From the NCBI GenBank assembly GCA_002633005.1, contig NMRA01000498.1:51772-115771 (forward strand): DNA of 64,000 nucleotides. The letters are read 5' to 3'. Source of the stretch: Phoronis australis (Eukaryota > Animalia > Phoronida). Under the pieces are notes generated by a model. The model did no database searches. It saw nothing but the letters and a program-made list of their open reading frames with translations, and had not been told where the DNA came from. Within the stretch, counting starts at the first letter, position 1, and every line of letters begins with the position of its first letter. The position numbers and the translations under genes were made by a program. Of this stretch, positions 1 to 12,363 are shown one piece after another.

Positions 1-160
1 GTAGGGGATGGGCGGTTAACCGAGCAGTGGGCGGTTAATTGGAAATCTTCAAAAATAGTAGGGGGGCGGTTAACCGAGCAGTGGGCGGTTAAATCGAAAT
101 TCACCTAAAGTAGGGGGTGGGCGGTTAACTGAGCATGGGCGTTAACCCGAACGATTACGG
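1..160 (-). mobile_element. Terminal part of Tc1/mariner/pogo-type MITE (same family as 60582-62309), truncated by window edge
   Basis: Near-identical reverse complement of the first 160 bp of 60582-62309; ends ...CGATTACGG followed by TA (161-162). Confidence 0.9.
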
Positions 161-448
161 TAGTTATTTTTTCAATAGCGTTAAGCAATGATGTGCTGTT
201 GCTGACAAAAAGTCACCTACTTCCAAGTACTATTATTTGCTACAAAGTGGTCGTAAATAGGGTTAAAAAAACTCGGAAACTCTTAAAAATTCAGGCTCGG
301 GTTTCTTTTGACAAGGCCAGCTGATGTGCTAAGTTTCAAAAAAATTGGTGATTTTGTATATATAGCCCACCATCTGGTTTTTATATGGAATTGCTCTTAA
401 CATCTGGTATCCAAGGTGACAATGGTAAATCACCAGCACTTAACATAC

Positions 449-594
449 CAGGTAGGGTGCCCTTTGTTCACTAAGCACCTTACACCACAGCTTGGCGATC
501 TACTTTGACCGTTCTGTCCACACCGGGTACACTGTCTTTAGTTCTGAGCGATACAGGTTTGCATATAACATGGGAGGGATGGTGGCTCTGTCAA
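449..594 (-). pseudogene. KMT2C: KMT2C/D-like pseudo-exon, HMG box
   Basis: Translates DRATIPPMLYANLYRSELKTVYPVWTERSK*IAKLWCKVLSEQRAPYL, matching KMT2C EMATVAPVLYTN...WTTRVKQIAKLWRKASSQERAPYV. GTATGT donor at 448; acceptor AG mutated relative to the paralog at 37705; in-frame TAG. Confidence 0.85.
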
Positions 595-1167
595 AAGTAA
601 AAAGATGTGAACAGGTAATTGTTTGTAAAACAAGGTAAATAAACACAAGAATACCCTCTTAATCTTAGTGCATTTACCAGCCTCAATGGTTAAATTGGGC
701 TCAATTGGTTTCCATCTAAGGCATGAATGAATTCTGTTAAAACTGAAAAAATCTGTCATGAGTGCAATCATGCCGAAAAAATAACTAAAGTTGAACTTGC
801 TAACCAATAGTAAAACAACATTAACGGATCAGGAAATAACATAATCAAAGACAAATCTATGCTTTAGGAAATAGTAACATCTTGATTCAGAGAATCAAAT
901 TTTCACTGCATATCTGTCGCAACGTCACAAAATTGTACATTGATGCTGTGCTTGCACCAATTGTCTTCACACTCAAATTGTCTTAAATTGTCAAAAACTA
1001 ATTTTAATAAAAACCGTTTTGAGATATCCACCTTTACACTTATTATTCAAGCAAGAAGGCCCGGATTTATGCTTAATTATTAATATTCATTGTTAACTGT
1101 AAAGGCTGGATTTGAGGTGCCCAACCTCAGACTGCCTGGTTACATTGTCTGGCCAATAAATATATAT

Positions 1168-4137
1168 AACAAGAGCAACGCGGAGCGTTTAAGTGCGCCA
1201 ACGAATGCACACCAAATGGTGTGCTTCTAGGGGTAATTATTCATGTCATAAAATGGCCACTAAACGGCGCAAAATACATTGAATCAATTCGAAAAAAGGA
1301 ACATGTCATTGTTTCTTTAATACTAAGCTACTTACAAAATTTGATACAGCAACTTCATATTATACACTTGCTAAATTTAATAATAAAGATCTTGCAATGG
1401 GTTTAGGAGACACAGTTATGGGTGCAAAAAACAAAACTTCCTTTAGGTGGTGCCACAGTAGTCGAACTTGTCAAAAAATCATTGTCAACCGTCCTTTTCA
1501 CACTAAGAATAAATATTCCAATATTTACAATCGTCGTTAGAGTGGTTTGGTTGTTAGCGGGGCAGTTGCTAAAAACAAACTTGAAAACAGTAAAAATAGC
1601 CAATAGGCAGGGCTCGATGCTATTAAAATCGCCAGGTCGCATTTTGCGACCTAGCCAAAATCCCAGGTCGCATTTTCTAAATCCAGCTCGCATTTGTAAA
1701 TGCCAGTTCGCAAAATTTCCCGCCATTTTTACGCGCCAAAATAGATTTATTAGATCATCGAGAAAATGTTTAGATTATGCTCTTACCCGCAGCGTTAAAT
1801 ACTCACAAATTTCGGATCTCTAAATTGACTTCATTCATGCAGGTATGGCCTCACTGTTCTTCACGACCGCCATTGAAAGACTCTAGAGCGCAAGGCAAGT
1901 TGCCGATGTGAAAGTTGAATCAGTGCTCTCTAACTGACTCGTGCATTCGAGTAGCTTAATTTGCGATGTGAAAAGGTAGAAAATGCCCGTTGAAAAAGTA
2001 TCCGGGATTTTGTTAGATCTGGCCTGCTACTGGCTGTCATCAAAGTCGTTTAAAGATTCAAACTACATGTAACTCGGGTAATGGAGAGTTTGCTCTTCAA
2101 TACCTTCCAAGTACGGAAAAAGTAGGTCAGTCACAAAACGACACACATGTCACTAGTGTAAACTTTCTTTCCGAGGTATAAAACAAAGCCGGGATTTGGT
2201 TTTTACATATTGTGAAAAAACGTTTTTGAAAACTGAAGTTGTGTAAAATGAAAGTGACACACCATATAAGCTGCGTGTCAATTTTAAACCACACGCGGTC
2301 ATTTGTAGTGCGCTATGATGGGCGCTAGCTTGAACTGTGGGCGCTTAATTGGAAATTCTCAAAATTTAAGGAGGTACTTTTAATAGATCAGTGAGCGCTC
2401 ATTATGAAACACTTTAAAGGGAGGGTGTAGTCTTGTGCGTGAGCATAGTCGTAAACCTCAGTGTTTGCGGTAATAGGATATTAAAACGCTGCAATGATAA
2501 GAAACGTTATAATAATAATACGATTTTGCGAGGCAAACTCCATCTAGTAGGGGTGACTTTCTGGATAACGTTACCACCTCTACATTGTACCCTTTTTAGC
2601 CACCCGGAATGATTTTGTTTTTAACTGCCCGATTCAGCCGCAACAAGGGTGTTTCTATAGGAGTCTGAACATTTTACGGTGACGGTGGTTAGGGGAGTGA
2701 AAAGTTGCCGGGGGGGGGGGGGGTNNNNNNGGGGGGGGGGGGGGGGGTTTATAAAGAGAAGAACGAAAAGTTCACTAACTTGAACCACAATTTCGCATAT
2801 AGTGCCAGTTTAGTTGCAATAGCTGGCTACGGGCATAGAATACAGGGTTTACAGAACATTGACCTCGGGAAACATCGGAAAAGGAAAACGTCAGTTCTGG
2901 GTTATATCGGTCCCGGGACATCGGGTCTTTTATAACCGCTGGGAATCTGAGTTCATTTTCAAATAAACCAGAGCCAAGCTGGTATACTCTTTCATTTAGG
3001 ACTGTCGCTGTTCTTTGAAGTGGTGCGCATGCGCGAGTTCACGCACTTGAATCGCTGGAGTAGGCCTACACTTTACGTTGGCAACAACGTACGTGTGAAA
3101 GACAAATCATATTTCGCGCACGTATCCTCAGAAACAAGTAAAGGGTTTGAGAATTTCTTGGCACTGAAAGTAAAGACGTGACTGTCGTTTGGCGATTAAT
3201 AAGGTTGTCATTTTCACTTTGGCTGTCTTAATACAATAAAAAGGAGAAGCACATCTCAGTCTAAGTCACGATTGTCTGCCGGGACCGCTTGCGCGCTAAC
3301 GGTGCCGCAGTGCGATATCAGGGATATTGTTGTGGATATTTGGTACAAAAAATGTGAAAAATAACATTTTTGTCCACCACAAAGTTTGGTAAGTTGATCG
3401 CTTAAGAACTAATAGAAACACCGTTGTTTTGTGAAGTTTTATCACGTGTTAAGCAGTGTCCCGAAACTTTCTTCGGCGAATCCGGGAATTTACAAAAGTG
3501 GCCGAAAGTGTTAGCCAATGAAACGCGTCAAAGATCGATTCTGCATATCCCATGTTCACGAGACTTGCCTACAAGTCATTGGGAGGGCTGTTCTCGGTTA
3601 GTGTTCTTTTGAACTTGGATTTGGCAACAACCAAATAACAGTCGGATTAACAAGAGCTGCTTTGTATTTGCCTTGTATCTGTTGAGAAGTGTAAAAACTC
3701 AGCTCGCATTCGTTGGAAATTCCAGGTCGCATTTTGCAACTTAATACGAGCTGACAAAAATCTCAGCTCGCATTTCCAAATTTCAGGTCGCAAATGCGAC
3801 CTGCAGCTCGTTATGTCGAGCCCTGCTAGGTGGTGCAAAATACCTCGCATACATCCGAAAACAAGAGGATAGAGTAATATCATGAATAGATGCCTTAACA
3901 TGCCAAATTATATGAAAATCCATTGAGGACTTTTAAAGATGTGGTCAACATAAAATACTAAAATTGCCTTTAGGGAGCATCCTGGTAATCAGATTCGTCT
4001 GAATTTTGTCGTCATCCGTTGTCAAATCTTATCAAGATCCTGTGAGGGGTTTAGGAGATACAGCTACTTACGTTGTACAGACTGAGATGACAGAAATATG
4101 CAACCGATCGACATATAAATATGTGGGCGCATAAAAA
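1168..4137 (-). mobile_element. Helentron-associated non-autonomous element (HINE/DINE-1-like), interrupted by MITE 1608-3825
   Basis: Plus-strand start AACAAGAGCAACGCGGAGCGTT (hairpin plus CTTGTT end on minus); end ...ATGTGGGCGCATAAAAA; internal CCACTAGG-type units rejoin across the MITE. Confidence 0.75.
1608..3825. mobile_element. Non-autonomous DNA transposon, CAGGGCTCGA TIR, 5-bp TSD (hAT-like ends)
   Basis: CAGGGCTCGA...TCGAGCCCTG; subterminal CAG(G/C)TCGCA repeats at both ends; flanks ATAGG/CTAGG splitting the host motif GGCCACTAGG|TGGTGC. Contains an N gap (2725-2730) and a decayed pogo-MITE end (~2330-2472). Confidence 0.8.
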
Positions 4138-4283
4138 TATATATTGAAAATCCTATGAAATGTCGCGTTATTGTTTCAGAAGTTCCTGTCTGTGCCATGG
4201 ATCTCTAGTGCTACGACATGATTTATCATCAATAACCAAGCTCATGAACAATTTCACTTGTACCCTCATCTCACCATTCTTAC

Positions 4284-4389
4284 CTAATGTCTCGTCCTTC
4301 TCCCACCTCAATATATCCCTCATGCTGAACGATTGTCAGTCCCCATCCCCTTCGTCAAGGGCAGACTGACTTCAGGGGTTAGCTTCACT
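4284..4389 (-). pseudogene. KMT2C: KMT2C/D-like pseudo-exon upstream of HMG box
   Basis: Pyrimidine tract + TAG acceptor and GTAAG donor; SEANP*SQSALDEGDGD*QSFSMRDILRWEKDETL(G) resembles KMT2C STAQRSTLKWEKEEALG; phase-1 end fits the HMG exon; two stops. Confidence 0.75.
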
Positions 4390-4720
4390 CTAGCCAGGAC
4401 AAGAAGGAATAAACAAGATGTAAGGAACTAAAGACATAGAGTACAAGTTGGCACTACAGACAACAGTTAGATATAATTCTGAATTCTGAATGGTTTGCGA
4501 ACATTACTTAAGGATTACATGGCAACTTTTCAAAAGGATGTCTAACACGAACATATTATAGATAACAATTTGGCCATTTTATAACACGCAAACACCAACA
4601 AGCACACCTCTACTCACAAATATCGAGTAAGACTCGACGGAGAAGGGGTGCAGCCAGAAAGAGCTGCTCAGAAATTCCAGGTATGACTTTGGAAACAATT
4701 ATTACCTCATCATAAAATAA

Positions 4721-4847
4721 TGTGACGTATTTAACGACCGAAGTCGGAGAACAAAAGAACAGACTTCATTCAACAACTAACTTTATTCTGCCATAATAGG
4801 TGTCGCCACCTTACGGTGTATACATATGTGAATGGCAATATTCCCCA
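4721..4847 (-). repeat. 3' LTR (127 bp)
   Basis: Direct repeat of 10091-10221; preceded on the minus strand by polypurine tract AAGAGGGGAAGAG (4848-4860). Confidence 0.9.
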
Positions 4848-5054
4848 CTCTTCCCCTCTTAATAAAATACTCTAGTCAAAATGTTATCGTTTACAAAACT
4901 AAGTAAAACCATATGAACTTGTAAGCTAACACTATATACAATCAGTTTCACCAACCATAATAGTCAGGAGGTTTGATTTGTCTCTGAGACCTTCTTGGCT
5001 CAGGAGCAACAGGTGTGGTGCCACTAGTCAGCTTCAGAATTAAGAGACACAGTT

Positions 5055-6032
5055 CAGTGGCGGATCTAGGGTATCACAAGGGGGGCCCAACATTTTGCCA
5101 GGCTGTAAGCATTTGCGCAAACCACGACTATAGATGCATATAGCACCGAATGAGGGGAGGTCGGGAGGGAGGTTTGCCCCCCTCCCGCCCTGGAAATTTT
5201 TCTGTTTATTCCTCTAAAAATCAAGCATTTTCCTTGATTCCTGAAGTATTATCCAAGAAAAAATGCAAAAAAAACCACAGAGAACGTGTCAAACAGGAAA
5301 AACCGTACGTACCACAGACTTGAACTCACGACCTGGCAGATAGAGAGCGCGTGCTTTACCACACCACCACGATTTAACTACTAACCTTGTTCTAAAAGAC
5401 CTACTTGTTTATGGTCCACAGTGTTTGCGCGCGAAACCTACTTCTTTTTGTAATGCTTATTACACGTTTTATATTTTGTGCAATCGGTTCTTAACAAATT
5501 TGTTGTATTTAAAATAGTCTTCAAATGCCCAAAAGACCAAATCCGTTTTTCGTATTGGCAATAATGACGGGACTGCTTTGGAAATTGTCTTAAGTTAAGG
5601 TTTGACAAAGAGAGAATTATGAATTTCTGAGTGATTCACCAAAGCTTCGATTAAAATTCACATCTTACCAGCAGTTTCTGTTTTTTCATCGTCACTCAGG
5701 TTCCATTTTCTTTAAAAAACGAAGTAAATTTTCTTCATTGCACACTGGAACAGACGACGGAAACGGAGTCATAGTGCGCAGCACCATTGCCGGTGGCCTG
5801 GGATATCGCGGGAGAGCTTATGCTTAGCCATAGTTCCATTGCCAATGCGCCGTGTTCCGAATATGACACTTGAAATTGGATCTGAGCCCCCNNNNNCACA
5901 CATTTTAATCTTGTTTCCTCCGTATACTTTTAATTACCGGGGTTAATTAATAAACTCAACATTCCCCTACGCTCTTGTTGTTTGATTTTTTTGCGCCAGC
6001 CAAGCGGCCCCCCCCCCCTAAATCCGCCTATG
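5055..6032. mobile_element. MITE inserted in the integrase C-terminal tail
   Basis: Ends CAGTGGCGGATCTAGGG...CCCTAAATCCGCCTATG; perfect 5-bp TSD CAGTT; integrase tail (PRRSQRQIKPPDY, ~4960-5000) resumes beyond it; N gap 5892-5896. Confidence 0.85.
5314..5371 (-). repeat. tRNA-derived (SINE-head-like) segment inside MITE
   Basis: Minus strand GTGGTGGTGTGGTAAAGCAC...GTGAGTTCAAGTC with A-box/B-box-like spacing; no full cloverleaf. Confidence 0.45.
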
Positions 6033-9000
6033 CAGTTGTCTCACTCGTTTCACTACTAGGAGTAACAGAAACAGATGGCTCAACAGATTTATATGATACA
6101 CTAGTTTCAACATTTGTATCAGGCAGTGCAATTAAATCATCAGGTTGAGTTACACCTTGGTTCATGTTATCAGAAGCATGCAATAAGTGATAAGCATGGC
6201 AAAATCTCACTTTTATGATCAACCTTAACTAAATAGGTTAGAGGGCCTTTCTTACAAACAATGCAACCCGGAAGGAATTTCACTATTCCTGACTTAAACG
6301 TGTTCCTAACTAACACAGTTTCATTGACATCAAATGAGCACATCTCAACAGATTTTGAGTCATGATTCCCTTTCTGTTTTGATTTCTTATCATCTCCCCG
6401 AGAATACATATCAGGTCTCAACAAAGACAATCTTGTACGCAATTCACGTTTTCTAAACAACTCTGCAGGTGACCTACCTGTAACTGAATGTGGGGTTGTC
6501 CTATAGACAAACAGAAAGTTAATCTAACTTTTCAGATTCACTGACATTGTGCTTTGCACGGGATATCATATGCTTTCTCAAAGCCTGCTTGCATAGCTGT
6601 ACACTTCTCTCTGCAGCACCATTTGAACTAGGATAGTATGGGGGTACCTGAGTTTGTTTAACACCGTGAATCTTCAAGAAATTGTTGAATTCTTCTGAAA
6701 TGAACTACGGTCCATTATCAGATACAACCTCTTTAGGTAAACCTTCCCTAGAGAATACACTACGTAATACATCAACAGTTTTGCTTGCAGAAGTAGTTTT
6801 CATGAGAAAAACTTCTATCCATTTAGAGAACACATCAACTAACACAAAGTAATCCTTACCACCTAGTGTGAAGAAATCTATCTATATGAATTCTATCCCA
6901 TGGATTCAAAGCTTGTTTCCAAGGAAACAACGGTACCGGTGGTGGGTTACTTCGAACAGACTGATATACGAAGCAATCTTTTATCAAGGTTAGGATACCA
7001 GAAATAAGATCTAGCTAGAGCCTTATAGTGCTTACTATACCCAAGTGTTCTGTGTGTAATTCCCTTAACATAACATCTTGATAAACAGCAGGGATTAATG
7101 ACATGTAAACCCCAAAGAATACAACCTTGGTCAACGGAGAGCTCATAACGTCTCTTGAAATATGGCACCAAGTTGGGATCATCACAATGTTCTGGCCAGC
7201 CCGTCAGAAAATACCCATAAACTCTTGATAACACTCGATCTTTTCTAGTACTGGATGCTATCTCAGTAAGTGGTAATCAATCAATGTAAGAAAAGTAATT
7301 TATGCTAAGTTCCGTAGCCTCAAATGTCAATCGTATTTTGTGGCCTACGGGACAACAAATCACAATCGACATGATCAAGACCTTTTCTGTACTTAATCGC
7401 ATAATCATAAGTACCGAGAATCAAAGACCTGAACGCTGGAGTCTGAGTGCAGCCAAAGAAGGCACATTCTTAGGTCCCAATATCTTCAACAATGGTTTGT
7501 GGTCAGTTAAAATGACAAATTTCCTACCATACAAGTACTTGTGGAAGTGAGTTACCCCATATATGATAGAAAGTGCTTCTTGCTCACCATGGGCATAATT
7601 CTGTTCAACCTTAGTCAAGGTTCTACTACCATAAGCTATAGGCTTTTCAGTACCGTAAGAAAGTTGATGCGATAGCACACAGCCCAGCCCATAGGGGCTC
7701 ACATCACATGCCAAATAATGGGCTTAAAGAGATCATTAGTGAACTAATAACAAGTCACTAGACAATAAGTCTTTAGACTTCAAAATGCATTCTCACATTG
7801 TTTAGACCAATTCCACTGAACATCAGCTTTCAACAGCCTGTACAATGGCTGGAGCAATGTAGACAGATTGGGAAGACATTTCCCATAATGGTTCATCATC
7901 CCTAAGTAGCGTCTTAGTTCCTGGACTTTTGTAGGGCTTGCAACAGCTTTAATAGCCACAACCTTATGTGACATGGGATGGATACAGTCCTTACTTATCT
8001 AGTGACTTAAGTAATCAACTGATTCCTGGAGGAAAACACTCTTTGCCGTATTCATGGTAAAGTTATGTTTCAACAACCTACCCAATACTTCTCTGAGTAG
8101 TACAGTGTGTTCTTCAACAGACTCAGAAGAAAGGATGTCATCCTGATAACATGCAATGCCCTTAAGGTTAGCAAAAACTTTGTCCATAATACGTTGGAAA
8201 ATATTGCTAGCCACCTTTATTCCAAAGGGTAATCTGTTATACTGCAACAATCCAATACTGGTATTTATGGTCAAAAGCTTTCTAGCTTCATCATCTACTT
8301 TTAACTGTTGGCAGGCATTAGACAATTCAAGTTTACTAAAGACTTTACAACCCTGCACTAATGCAAATATGTAGTCAGGTGTAGGCAAAGTATAAACATT
8401 ATCCTCAAGTAATGGGTTAATTGAAACCTTATAATCAGCATATATCCTTACCTCACCATCAGCCTTTATTACTACAACAATAGGTGAAGCAAACTCTGAG
8501 TTTTTGACAGGAGTCAAAATGCCCTTCTCCACTGAGAGACTAAGATTCTTCTCAACCTTATCTCTAAGAGCAAATGGAACTTGTCTTGGTCTATGAAATA
8601 CAGATTTGCGTTCATCACTCTTCAACTGGACATGTACCTTAAAACCAATTACAGGTTTGTCATTTGGAATTAACACAGACTCATATTCATCCAGCAGTTT
8701 AGCAGTGCTAACTGTTTCCACATGATTCAGTGTATCAATGATGACTGACCAATCCAGTTTGATTTGACGCAACAAATCTCTACCTAATAAGGCTGGATTA
8801 TTGTCAGTTTTGACAACAAGCACTGGTACTTCTACATGTTGTTTGTTGTATTTAACATCAACAAGCATCTCGCCAAGTACCATTATTTCATTCCCACAAT
8901 AGCCTTCCAAGCTTGATTCATAGGAGCCCAAGGGAACATCTGAGAAATGAGCCATATACAGACTCTCAGGAACGACAGTCCTGGATGCCCCCGTATCCAA

Positions 9001-9045
9001 CTCGAAGTCAAGCTTGGTACCATTTATAAACAGTGGTATACAAAT
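6033..9045 (-). pseudogene. Gypsy pol (protease LDTGAS, RT YQDD, RNase H CDVS..G, integrase), frameshifted
   Basis: ORF fragments 7999-9000, 7780-7974, 7421-7714, 6947-7234, 6170-6460 in canonical Gypsy order. Confidence 0.92.
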
Positions 9046-9052
9046 GTTATCA

Positions 9053-9943
9053 TCACTGTTTAGATCTTAAATTAAACATGCTCATAGAACCAGCATAATC
9101 AATACAATGTTGTTGGACACTGTCACTATTAGTATTCTCTTGTACACTGTGATTGTTCGTAACCACTTTCTTTGGCTTTGTCGTCTTCTTGGGTGTCTGA
9201 GTCGGAAACTTCGTATAAGACGCTTTGCGAATGTGTCCGGTTTTGGAGCATTTGTGGCAGTTCGCGTCGGCTTTAACGGACAATTATCATTTGTGTGATT
9301 GTCTCCATAACAATGCGAGCAAGACGATTTCTCTGACTTGTTCACAGGTTTCCAGCCTTTGTGACGAATAGAATGCGCAGTGTCTCCCGTTGGAATAGAA
9401 GCTTGCAGGGTTTTGCTGTCAATATTGGCTTGTTCCTGTGCCAGTGCAAGTTCACAAGCCGTTTTCCAATTGAGTGAATCTCCCTTCGCGAGCAACTTGG
9501 CCTGCATAGCTTGGTCATTCAACCCTGACACAAACGTGTCCCTGAGATTGTTCCCTAGTTCATCACCATAGGAACAATTGTTAGATAATTTCTTTAGCGC
9601 CAAAATAGTCGCTAATGGTCTCACCTTTCATATGTTTACGATTTCGAAATTCGAGGTGATAAGCGACAACACTCTTAGTTGGTTCGTAGTATTTCGTCAG
9701 GATGGCCACAATGTCCTCAAAACTTTTGTCCGTCGGACGTCTCAGAAGGCATTGATTGTAAACAATTTCAAAAGCCGCAGGACTGATCAGCGTGAGAAAG
9801 ACATTCACCTTCTTGTCATCGGCAATGTCATTGGCCAACATATAAATCACAATTCTCTGTAGGTACATGGAACATTTCTCCGTTAAAGGGTCAAACTCTC
9901 CAATGTGTCCGATGTAATTTCTGGGGGCCTTACCAGCCGCCAT
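9053..9943 (-). pseudogene. Gypsy gag with zinc knuckles, frameshifted
   Basis: IGEFDP..E...YLQR N-terminus, LRDTFVSGL, and CxxCxxxxHxxxxC motifs across ORFs 9581-9943, 9082-9624, 9053-9283. Confidence 0.88.
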
Positions 9944-10075
9944 CTTGGATTTACACGAGGTCGAATTTTACGCTTCTTTATCGAATATTTTATGAACTGC
10001 GAGTCCCTTCACTGGAATTTACAGACCCGGCAAATCCTGAATGTAGAATGTACAAACATACCTTCGCAAAAACAT

Positions 10076-10087
10076 TCCTCGTCGCCA
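10076..10087 (-). promoter_or_regulatory. Primer-binding site complementary to tRNA-Ser(GCU) 3' end
   Basis: TGGCGACGAGGA 3 nt inside the 5' LTR; complementary to ...UCCUCGUCGCCA. Confidence 0.75.
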
Positions 10088-10090
10088 AAT

Positions 10091-10221
10091 TGTGACGTAT
10101 TTAACAACCGAAGTCGGAGAACAAAGGAACAGACTTCATTCAGCTAACAACTAACTTAATTCTGCCATAATAGGTGTCGCCACCTTACGGTGTATACATA
10201 TGTGAATGGCAATATCATACA
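10091..10221 (-). repeat. 5' LTR (131 bp)
   Basis: Direct repeat of 4721-4847 with a few substitutions and a 4-bp indel. Confidence 0.9.
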
Positions 10222-10287
10222 CATAAAAACACACTTTCACGAGGTTCTAGTTGACATACATTAGCACTCCTTGAACCATTTGTTTAC

Positions 10288-10867
10288 CTGTGAATTCCAG
10301 GTGAGTGGTGGTAGATCGGAAGCATGCCTGGCTCAAAGTGGGCCAGGGGTGGATGACGGTCTCCAAGAGGTGTCTGGCTTGTGTACTTCTGACGAGAACA
10401 TCTGGTTCAACTGGAACTGTGGATCTGTGGAGCAACAATCCATGTGAGCGTGACACCAGGGCCCGGTCTCTAATCTTTGTACTCGAAATGAACTCGAAAC
10501 TATTTTTGGCAATTTCTCTGCTCCTTTTGTGCGAACTTAAGATAATTGGTTATCAGACTGTGCTCGAATACATTATAGTTTATGCATAGGAGTTTCTAGT
10601 TCAAATTTGCCCTTGAAGACCCTTATATTCGTGCTACAAACTCAAGTAAAAACTCGAAATTTCGAGTTCAAACTCGAACTTATTGCTTTAACATTGGGTT
10701 TACAAACTGTGAACTAAGGGCAATAAATTATCTACTAAGTTATTGTGTACTCGAGCATAGAATAATAGACACTTATCTTGAGTTCGCCCAAAAGAAGAGT
10801 AGAAAATGCCAAACCTAATTTCGAGTTCCATTTCGAGTAAAAAGATTGGAGACTGGGCCAAGGTGCA
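10288..10867 (-). pseudogene. Candidate KMT2C-like pseudo-exon (Pro/Ser-rich) disrupted by a MITE
   Basis: TTGTTCAG acceptor at 10868 and GTAAAC donor at 10287; collinear position between recognisable KMT2C exons; no diagnostic motif. Confidence 0.4.
10460..10859. mobile_element. MITE with ~125-bp imperfect TIR (PIF/Harbinger-group-like, CWG target)
   Basis: GGCCCGGTCTCTAATCTTTGTACTCGAAATG... mirrored by ...CATTTCGAGTAAAAAGATTGGAGACTGGGCC; flanks CAG/AAG. Confidence 0.8.
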
Positions 10868-12363
10868 CTGAACAATAAGAGGCTACAAGCAAAATTAGGG
10901 ATAATTTTTAATAGTTTGAAATGCAGGCAATTCCTAGCTTCCTTTTGTAGCTTTACCAAATAAGAACAAACTAGAATGACAAAAATTCAAACTTAAAATT
11001 GTAAAAAATATACTCAACACATTGAAAGAAGTTATCTTTCTATCACCAGCCTCTCAATTCATCACAGTACAACATATATTTCAAAGCATCAAAAACGAAT
11101 ATGGTAACAAATGAAACAAACAACTACTGCTTGTTGTAGAACAATGCAAAAACAAGAACAGCACAGTTCGGAGAAACATAACACCTGCGGCAGCTGAAGA
11201 CCCAAGGTTACTATATTCGTGGACAACTGCGGTCAACAGGGTCAACTAACTGACAAAAAGTGTGTGGATGATGAAGCCCCGTGTGTGCTCTATGTCTATG
11301 ACTATGCAGTTCCATTCGGAGACTACACAACATTACTTGGTAAGTTTTTAGCAATCAGTTTCTATCAACATCGTTCGGTGATGTTATCCCCACCAGTTAC
11401 CCCACTGAATAACAGTTTTATTGAGTGTAACTAAGTGTTTCTTTTTAGAAACTCACCCGATGCCGGGTAGGCTAGCAGCACATATTCATTTTGTCCTGGG
11501 TGGGAGTGCTCCCAAAATAAGAGGTGTATGGTACGTGATGCTCAGAAGTCAAGTGACTTTTTCACAGCAGTTTCTCTTCAAAACTATGCTGTTTCCAATA
11601 AAATTCTCTAGATGAGTGACTTTCCTTATTTTATCGTGGACCCCACCCCCAGGACCACCAGCTCAGTTATCGAATTAACATGAATAAGCCTTAATTCAGT
11701 AAATGTCGTAACATTGCATTGGAAAAAAATTGACACCTAGAATGAATTTTACTTGTTGAGATCAGAAGCACATTTTAAGTGTCATGAAAAATACACATTG
11801 TTAAATCACTTTTAGCCTGTTTCACATATTTTAATTCAGATATTAAATAAGACTTGGGTACAAAGGTTATTAGTTTCTACACATAAACATGAAGATGAAA
11901 TGTCAAGTATGTTCTGCCTTACAAAAGTAGTTTTGTCTTGTCTTTTCTTTTACAATTTGCTAATATTTCTATTCTGTTACAGGCAAGAAAAAACAACTGA
12001 AACCAACCGCCTGACCATCTATTTCACCGTTGGACAAAGTGAAAAGCAATCCTTCAGCAATAACCTGAGAGAATTGAACGTAATTCAGAAATTCAGCACC
12101 TGATATGCCTGATTATGGACTCCCTCGCAATGTTGTTTCTTTCTGTGCTTTTTCAGTTTGCCATTTGTTTTTAAATACACTGATAATTGTTTATTCTCGA
12201 ATCTTGTGCATAGCAGATTCTTATCCAGCTAGCTACAATTGAAAACATACAATAAGACAATCGATGCAGTCACTGAATGTCATTTCCCCATAATCTGTAC
12301 CAAATTGAAAAGTTTTTACCAATAGTATAAAGCCTTTCTTCTGAAAGGAAAATTTAATGTCAC

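Larger units (their letters stand above)
4721..10221 (-). mobile_element. Ty3/Gypsy LTR retrotransposon (Mag-like), full length but decayed
   Basis: Two LTRs TG..CA, PBS, PPT, gag-PR-RT-RNaseH-IN fragments; flanks AATAA/CATAA (5-bp TSD with one mismatch). Confidence 0.93.

Noticed and set aside
2705-2935. Poly-Gly ORF
   Set aside because: Artefact of G-runs around an assembly gap.
5314-5371. tRNA gene
   Set aside because: Only A/B-box-like remnants; no convincing acceptor stem; lies within a MITE.
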